NCBI GenBank assembly: GCA_964490075.1
Contig: CAZBBK010000012.1
Coordinates: 62,001 to 100,111 of the forward strand
Length of the DNA: 38,111 nt
Direction of reading: 5' to 3'
Origin: an uncultured Gemmatimonadota bacterium
GTDB lineage: Bacteria > GCA-2686955
The notes below the pieces were generated by a model. The model saw nothing but the letters and a program-made list of their open reading frames with translations. It did no database searches and was not told the origin of the DNA. Shown one piece after another: positions 32,136 to 38,111 of this stretch (position 1 is its first letter; the number at the start of each line of letters is the position of its first letter). A program made the position numbers and the translations under genes.

Positions 32136-32283
32136 GGCGGGGAGTCGGCCCTCGAGGCGGGCGCGCGCCTGGCAGGGCTGGGAAGCGCCCACCAGGTGCG
32201 GGTGGTGACCCGCCCGGCAAGCATCGCGGGAGCGGCCGAACACCGGTCCAGAGTCTCCAAATCGGTCGCCGGTCGGCGCACCC
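32136..32283 (+). pseudogene. Diverged internal fragment of recN
   Basis: 131/148 identity with 26493-26640, no indels. Confidence 0.9.
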
Positions 32284-32343
32284 CGGCGCCACTTTCTATG
32301 TCGCGAGCCCAACCGGGGCTCAGTGATCGCGGTCGCAGTCCTC
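32281..32343 (+). repeat. 63-bp direct repeat, right copy
   Basis: 58/63 identical to 31169-31231; contains the stop of the 32320-32736 gene. Confidence 0.9.
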
Positions 32344-32736
32344 GTCGACCAGCACCTCGATGCTGCAGGTGAAGCGTTCGTTGATGCTCCAGCCGTCGAT
32401 GCGCAGAGTGTAGCTTCCTTCGGGGGCGTTGAGCGGCACCGTTAGCGACAGATCGGCGCATTGCCAGCCGCTGCCGCCGACCAGGGTCGTGGTCTTCGAT
32501 CCGAGATCGACCTCGTCGCCACCCGGCAGCACCGCCACCAGGTTTGCGGTCGCCTCGCGGATGTCGCGACAGTCGTTGCGCAGGCAGGCGCTCAGGTGGT
32601 AGTCGTCGCCCGGGGCGACACAGCGCATGCGGCTTTCCAGCATGCAGGAGACGCAAGGCTCGGCGATCGCGCTCTGGGCCGCCAGCAGGCTACCGATCAG
32701 CGCCGCGGCGAGCCGCGCCGACTTGGGAGTTCGCAT
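32320..32736 (-). CDS. Small secreted Cys-rich hypothetical protein
   Basis: Signal peptide (MRTPKSARLAAALIGSLLAAQSAIA), multiple Cys, beta-rich pattern, GGAG upstream. Confidence 0.7.
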   Translation of the reverse strand: MRTPKSARLAAALIGSLLAAQSAIAEPCVSCMLESRMRCVAPGDDYHLSACLRNDCRDIREATANLVAVLPGGDEVDLGSKTTTLVGGSGWQCADLSLTVPLNAPEGSYTLRIDGWSINERFTCSIEVLVDEDCDRDH

Positions 32737-32808
32737 TGGGGGGTTCTCCAGGGTTTTGGCCGCCGCCGTCGGGGTTCAGTATAAGCGCGTGGGCCCTGAG
32801 AGGTTTGC

Positions 32809-33279
32809 TCAGCCCCGCAATCCCCGTTCCACGCGCGCCCGAGCCGCCGCCGCCTGGTCGGTCGTCAGTCCCGTCATGCGGGCGACGTAGCGCGCGAACT
32901 TGCGCTCGGAGACCTCGACCGTGCCGTCGGCGTAGACCACCTTCCAGACCAACGCCATGATCTGCATCCGCTGCTCCACGCTGTAGCGCTCCTGGACCAG
33001 CTCCGAAAACTTCGAGAAGTCGCCCTTGCGCGGTCGCGATTCCTGGGCCTTGCGCAGCAGCGCCCGGGCTTCGGCCCGGCCGATACCGAACTCGCGCTCG
33101 ACGGCGCGGCGGATGGTGCGCTCCTCGTCGCGTGCGTACTCGGTGTCGCCGTAGGCGGTCTCCAGCAGCAGCACCGCCGTGGCCACTTGCAGATCGCTGT
33201 CCACCGCTCGTCCGGCCGCGTCGGATGCGAGGCGCGCCGGACCGGCCAGTGCCTTTCGGATGTCGTCGAACATGCCCAT
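32809..33279 (-). CDS. TerB family (tellurite resistance/co-chaperone-like) protein
   Basis: A.A.LL.E.A..D..EE..I, LW.V.YADG...E pattern; GGAGGAG RBS. Confidence 0.8.
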   Translation of the reverse strand: MGMFDDIRKALAGPARLASDAAGRAVDSDLQVATAVLLLETAYGDTEYARDEERTIRRAVEREFGIGRAEARALLRKAQESRPRKGDFSKFSELVQERYSVEQRMQIMALVWKVVYADGTVEVSERKFARYVARMTGLTTDQAAAARARVERGLRG

Positions 33280-33352
33280 GCGCGTCTCCTCCGGCCTGAT
33301 TCCGCCGCCGCTCCCGCGTGTTCCACGGGTCGAGTGTACAGAAGAGGGCGGG

Positions 33353-33385
33353 ATCGGAGGGTCCCGGCGAAGGCGCCGGGATCCT
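33353..33385 (+). repeat. REP-like hairpin repeat (family C, copy 2)
   Basis: ATCGGAGGGTCCCGGCGAAGGCGCCGGGATCCT matches reverse complement of 11673-11705. Confidence 0.65.
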
Positions 33386-33481
33386 GCGCGGGATCGAGCC
33401 GGTCGTTGCGCGCGCCGATCTTAGAATGATCCGAGGGGCGCCCCCGTCCCGACGCCCGGCCCCTCACCCCGGAGCCCTTCC

Positions 33482-35590
33482 ATGCCCACCGACCGACGAC
33501 CAAGCCCGGCTCTCGTCACGGGCCTCGCGCTCGCCCTGATCGCGGCCGCGCCCGCCCACTCCTGTCCGGGCGCTCCCGGAACCGTGGTCCGGCCCCGAGC
33601 CGCCGCGCCGGAGCGTCGAACCTCCGACCAGGCGCCCGCCCTCCCCGCGCTCCCGGGACCCTGGTCCTTTCCCCGGTCGCTCGCGGGCGTGAGCCGCTAC
33701 AACTCCGAGTGCCGCCCTTCGCTTTCGGCCGACGGCACGCGCCTGGTCTTCGAGGCGACCGCCAGCAACGGTCCGGCCTACGACCCGGAGAACCAGCTCG
33801 AGGAGGGCTTCTATCCCTACCAGGCCGACTGGGACGGCTCGGCCTGGACCAACATCCGCGGGCTCGATCGCGATCTCTTCGAGGGACACAGCTTCCCGCG
33901 CCTCTCCCCGGGGGGTGAGTGGCTCTTCACCACCTCCGCCGGCGAGATCTACCGCGCCCACCGCGCCGGGGAGAGCTGGACCACGCCTTTGGCTCTGGGC
34001 GGCGCCATCAACGCCCTCGGCCCCGACGGCGTCAACGGCGCCTCGTGCACCTCGCGCGACGCGGCCGAGATCTACTTCGCCTCGGAGCGAAGGGGCGGCA
34101 TGGGCGGCTTCGACATCTGGGTCTGCCGCTTGCAGGGCAGCTTCACCGACTCCCTGACCAACCTCGGCCCCGGCATCAACACCGAGGGCAGCGAGGTGCG
34201 CCCCGCCATCAGCCCCGACGGGCGCTATCTGCTCTTCTCCGACTTCGTCGGCGGTCGCAGCTCGCTCGACTACGGCGCCACCGACCTCTACATCTCCGAG
34301 TGGGTCTCCGGCAGCTGGTCGACGGCCGAGCCGCTTCCGGCCCCGATCAACAACCACCGTCCGGCCTGCACCGCCCACTGGGCCAGCGACACCGAGCTCT
34401 TGATCGGCGGCGAGGTCAGCGAGGGCGGGGGCGGGGCGGAGGATGTCTGGGTGACGGCGCTCCGCGGCACGGCGGCGGGCGGGCTGCCCTCGCTGGTGCC
34501 CGGGAACGATGCGGCAGCCGCGCGCGCGTGGCGGGGACGCGGCCCGGCGGCACGGGCTCAGGGCGGGGCGCCGGCGATCCGCCCTCCCGGCCGGTGGACT
34601 CTGCTGGCGAACCTGTCCGGTGCGTCGATCGTCGAGGACCTGCTCGAGACCTCGGCCGGAATGCTGCTCGCCGCGACTTCCGACAGTGGCGCGGTGTTCC
34701 GCTCCGAGGATGGCGGCGAGACCTGGGTTCCGCGGTCGCCGGGAGCGCTCGCGGATCGCATCTACTGCCTGGAGGAGCTGGCCGACGGCACTGTGCTGGC
34801 CGGCACCTATCCGAGCGGCAGGGTGTTCGAGAGCGGCAACCAGGGCTGGAGCTGGTCTCCGCTGGCGCCGCTGCCCACCTGGGTGACGGCGGTGCGGGCG
34901 ATCGAGGAGCTCGACTCCGGAGATCTGCTGGTCGGAGTCGCCCCCGAGACCCTGGGGATCGGTTTCAACTACCGGGACGGGAGGATCTTCCGCTCCACCG
35001 ACCGCGGCCAATCGTGGGCCGAGAGCAGCGGCTTGACGAGCATCTACGGAGCGGTGCACACCATCCACGAGTCGGCGGACGGCACCCTCTGGGCCGGTGG
35101 TCGGGCCTACGGCGGCAACATCCACCGCTCGCTGAACGGCGGGCTCGATTGGGAGGTGCTGACCCCGGCCTTCCAGGCCCACGTCTCGGTCGGTTCCGCG
35201 GCTCACTTCCTGCGCGACTCGCGCGGCACCTTCTGGGGCATGGGATGGGGCCACGGCGACACCGGCGCTTTCCTGATGCGCCACCAGGGCGGCGACGACT
35301 GGGAGGTCGAGAGCCCCTTCGAGCGCGACGGTGAATACCGCGACGGCTACGTCTTCGACATGGTCGAGGACCAGCGCGGCTGGCTCTACGCCGGCACCCA
35401 GCCCTCCGGCGGCAGCCCGGGCTGGATCTCGACCGACGGCGGGCAAGTCTGGCATCCGACCACGCCCCTCGAGGGGGCGCGCGAGCTGCTCGCGCTGCTC
35501 GCCACCCAGGACGGCCGGGTGCTGGGCGGGACCAGCGGCGACGGCGGAGTGTGGGAGTGGCGGCGGAGCTTGGAGCGGGCGCGGCGCTGA
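33482..35590 (+). CDS. Secreted double beta-propeller protein (PD40/TolB-like plus BNR/Asp-box repeats)
   Basis: Signal peptide; P.LS.DG..L.F, NLGPGINT..E..PAISPDG; Asp-boxes RSEDGGETW, RSTDRGQSW, STDGGQVW. Confidence 0.82.
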   Translation: MPTDRRPSPALVTGLALALIAAAPAHSCPGAPGTVVRPRAAAPERRTSDQAPALPALPGPWSFPRSLAGVSRYNSECRPSLSADGTRLVFEATASNGPAYDPENQLEEGFYPYQADWDGSAWTNIRGLDRDLFEGHSFPRLSPGGEWLFTTSAGEIYRAHRAGESWTTPLALGGAINALGPDGVNGASCTSRDAAEIYFASERRGGMGGFDIWVCRLQGSFTDSLTNLGPGINTEGSEVRPAISPDGRYLLFSDFVGGRSSLDYGATDLYISEWVSGSWSTAEPLPAPINNHRPACTAHWASDTELLIGGEVSEGGGGAEDVWVTALRGTAAGGLPSLVPGNDAAAARAWRGRGPAARAQGGAPAIRPPGRWTLLANLSGASIVEDLLETSAGMLLAATSDSGAVFRSEDGGETWVPRSPGALADRIYCLEELADGTVLAGTYPSGRVFESGNQGWSWSPLAPLPTWVTAVRAIEELDSGDLLVGVAPETLGIGFNYRDGRIFRSTDRGQSWAESSGLTSIYGAVHTIHESADGTLWAGGRAYGGNIHRSLNGGLDWEVLTPAFQAHVSVGSAAHFLRDSRGTFWGMGWGHGDTGAFLMRHQGGDDWEVESPFERDGEYRDGYVFDMVEDQRGWLYAGTQPSGGSPGWISTDGGQVWHPTTPLEGARELLALLATQDGRVLGGTSGDGGVWEWRRSLERARR

Positions 35591-35710
35591 GAGTCGCGGT
35601 CGGCCGGGATCGGCCGCTGAGGGGGGTCAGTGCCCGATCTTGGTGGGCGGTGGGAATCGGCCCGACGGGGGGGATAGAATCGAACATATGCGAATGAACC
35701 TGGAGGCGAG

Positions 35711-38111
35711 ATGAGGCGTCACCGCGATTCCACGTCTTGGCCACAGAGGTGGCTCGCGCTCATGGCGGTCGGTGTTGGTCTGGGATCCCATGCGGAAGCG
35801 CACACCCTGCACATCCCTGGTGATTTCCCAACGATCCAGACAGGAATAGACGCAGCCTTGGCCGGGGATACGGTCTTGGTCGCCCCGGGGACCTACAGCG
35901 GTACCGGCAACCGGAGCCTGAGCTTTGGCGGTGTCGATCTGGTGCTGCGATCGGAGGGCGGACCGGCGGCAACGGTCATCGATTGTCAGCGCGGGGGTCG
36001 GGGGATTCGCTTCGATGGAGGAGAGAGCGCGGCGGCGCGGCTGGAGGGGTTCACGATCACCGGAGGCCAGGCCACGAAGGGAGCGGGAATATGCTGCGAG
36101 GGGTCGTCACCGGTCGTGGTCGACTGCATCGTCGATGGCAATGGACACGAAGAGCTCTTCGCTATCTATGGGTACGGAGCGGGCTGTTTCGTCAGCGGAG
36201 GCGCCCCGACGTTTGTTGACTGCACCTTCTCCGCGAACTGGCTTCGTGGCGGTGCCGGCATGGGTGGGGGTGTCTACTGTGCAGCAGATTCCTCTTCCTT
36301 CTCGAGATGCACATTTTCGGCCAACGGATCATCGTCGCAGAATGCGTCGAACCACGGTGCGGGAGTACATTGCCGGAACAGCGCCGCCATCTTCACCGAA
36401 TGCGCGGTCGTGGAGAACTCGGCGATCGGCTCGGAGGGGACGGTTTCCGGAGGCGGCATGTACCGCGATGGTGGTTCGGTCGCGTTCGAGAGTTGCGAGA
36501 TCGCGCGCAATTCGGCGAGCGGCTTCCGGGTTCCCGCATCCGGTGGTGGGATTCGCTGTGTCGATGGTGCACCAATGCTCACCAACTGCGTCGTCCGGGA
36601 CAACAGCGCCGACCGTGGTGGCGGCGTCTACGGCGGCTAGCCATCGCTCATGAACTGCACCGTCCGCAACAACTCAGCGTCGCAAGGAGGCGGTGTCCTG
36701 ACCGGTACGCCGATGCTCACGAATTGCATCGTGTGGGGCAACGACGATCCGCAGATCGAGGTGGGCGGTGGCTCGATCGACTTCTGCGACGTGGAGGGCG
36801 GCTGGGAAGGAGAAGGGAACATAGACCTCGACCCCTTTCTTGGGGCCGGGAGCCATCTGAGCCTCTGGTCTCCGTGCATCGACGCCGGAACCCCGGACGG
36901 AGCTCCGGTCTTCGACTTCGAGGGCGACCCACGTCCCTTCGGGGTGAGACCCGATATCGGCGCTGACGAGTATTGGTCCCCTCTGGTTCTTCAGATCGGC
37001 GGGGCTCCCGCGCAAGCATTTGAAGGGGATACTCTCGATCTTGAGCTTTGGGTGTTCAACCCGCTGGAAACACCCGGACAACTAGATTCACTGGTCATGG
37101 AGATCAGTTGGCAGGGCGGGAGCAGGGAGACGATCCACTCCGGTCCGACCCTGGAACTGGAGCCGGGCGACAGTCTGAGTTTCGATGTGGAGGCGATCGT
37201 TCCCGCTGAGCTGGGCACCGACACCGTGACCTTTTCGGCCTTCGCCCACGACTCGATCGCATCGGCCGAGAGGTTCGACCTCAGAGTCCGCCCCGCGGAC
37301 GGCGTGATCGACGTGCCGGGAGAGCTGCCGAGCATTGAGGCCGGCATTGCCGCGGCATTCGACGGAGAGGTGGTACGGCTGGCCCGGGGCTCCTACGCTG
37401 AGGCCGGTCTCGACTTCGGAGGCAAGGCGATCACCGTCACCAGCATCGACCCCTACGAACCCGGCTGCGCAGCCGAAACCGTGATCGACGCTCGAGGAGA
37501 GGGGCGGACCTTCGTGTTCCGATCGGGGGAAGGGGCGGCGTCGGTCTTGGCCGGGATCACGATCACCGGTGGATCGGATGAGCGGGGCGCGGCGATCGCT
37601 TGCTTCGGCGCGTCTCCGACCATCCAGCGCTGCACGATCGAGGGAAATAGCGCCGACTTCGGTTTCGGGACCGGCGGGGGGGTCTACTGCGAGAGCGCTT
37701 CGCCGGCGCTCAGCCACTGCATCATCACCGCCAATGATGCGGGATACTTCGGCGGCGGACTCTACTGCGACCTTGCTTCGAATCCCTCGCTCACGAACTG
37801 TATCGTTGCCGACAACTCCGCCCGATTGGGCGGCGGCCTCTTCTGTGTAGAGTCGAGTCCTGTGCTGCTGAATTCGACGATCGCCGGCAACTCGGCGGCA
37901 TTGACTTCGTATGCGGGAGGCGGGATCTATTGTGGTGTCTTCTCGAACCCTTCGATCGTCAACTGCATCTTGTGGGGCGACACGCCGAACGAGCTTGCGG
38001 TCGATCTGGGAGAGCCCTGGATCCGCTACAGCGATATCGAAGGGGGCTGGCCGGGGCTAGGGAACATCGACGCCGATCCCGACTTCCGCCAGGCCTTCGC
38101 CTTCAGGTTTC
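35711..38111 (+). pseudogene. Secreted tandem right-handed beta-helix / choice-of-anchor Q protein interrupted by one in-frame TAG (36638-36640); runs off window end
   Basis: Signal peptide, PGDFPTIQ..GDTVLVAPGTY, N.A..GGG repeats; the same frame continues after TAG without stops to 38111, including SPCIDAG..DIGADEY and a second beta-helix module. Confidence 0.75.

Noticed and set aside
35680-35695. Gram-positive-type LexA box (CGAACATATGCG)
   Set aside because: Only one half-site matches.

Overview
High-GC bacterial chromosome segment (lineage not determinable from sequence alone). The core is a housekeeping run: infC-rpmI-rplT-pheS-pheT, then zapB-like-zapA-rny-ymdB-folD-ispA-nadK-recN-ligA, then an HDOD protein and a GAF histidine kinase. 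On the left are a lipid/envelope cluster (FN3 lipoprotein, degenerate SDR, DUF92 fusion, UbiA, FabF), a large CotH-kinase protein and a GT-C glycosyltransferase. On the right are TerB and secreted beta-propeller and beta-helix proteins. The most unusual signals are non-coding or degenerate. (1) A family of 51-bp-periodic arrays with 16-bp palindromic cores occurs at three intergenic loci, with compensatory stem changes between copies. (2) Two integrase-free insertions are each bounded by long duplications of gene 3' ends (126 bp of rny; 63 bp of a convergent-gene overlap) and carry patchwork cargo: an AbiE pair with a truncated toxin, a choice-of-anchor-Q scrap, a diverged recN fragment and REP-like repeats. 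(3) RNase Y has lost most HD-domain metal ligands. (4) An L20-leader-like attenuator and a non-AUG start precede infC. (5) A ~190-bp MITE-like foldback has a 5-bp target duplication. (6) A single in-frame TAG interrupts an otherwise intact beta-helix gene. All alignments were done by eye; no database searches were run.
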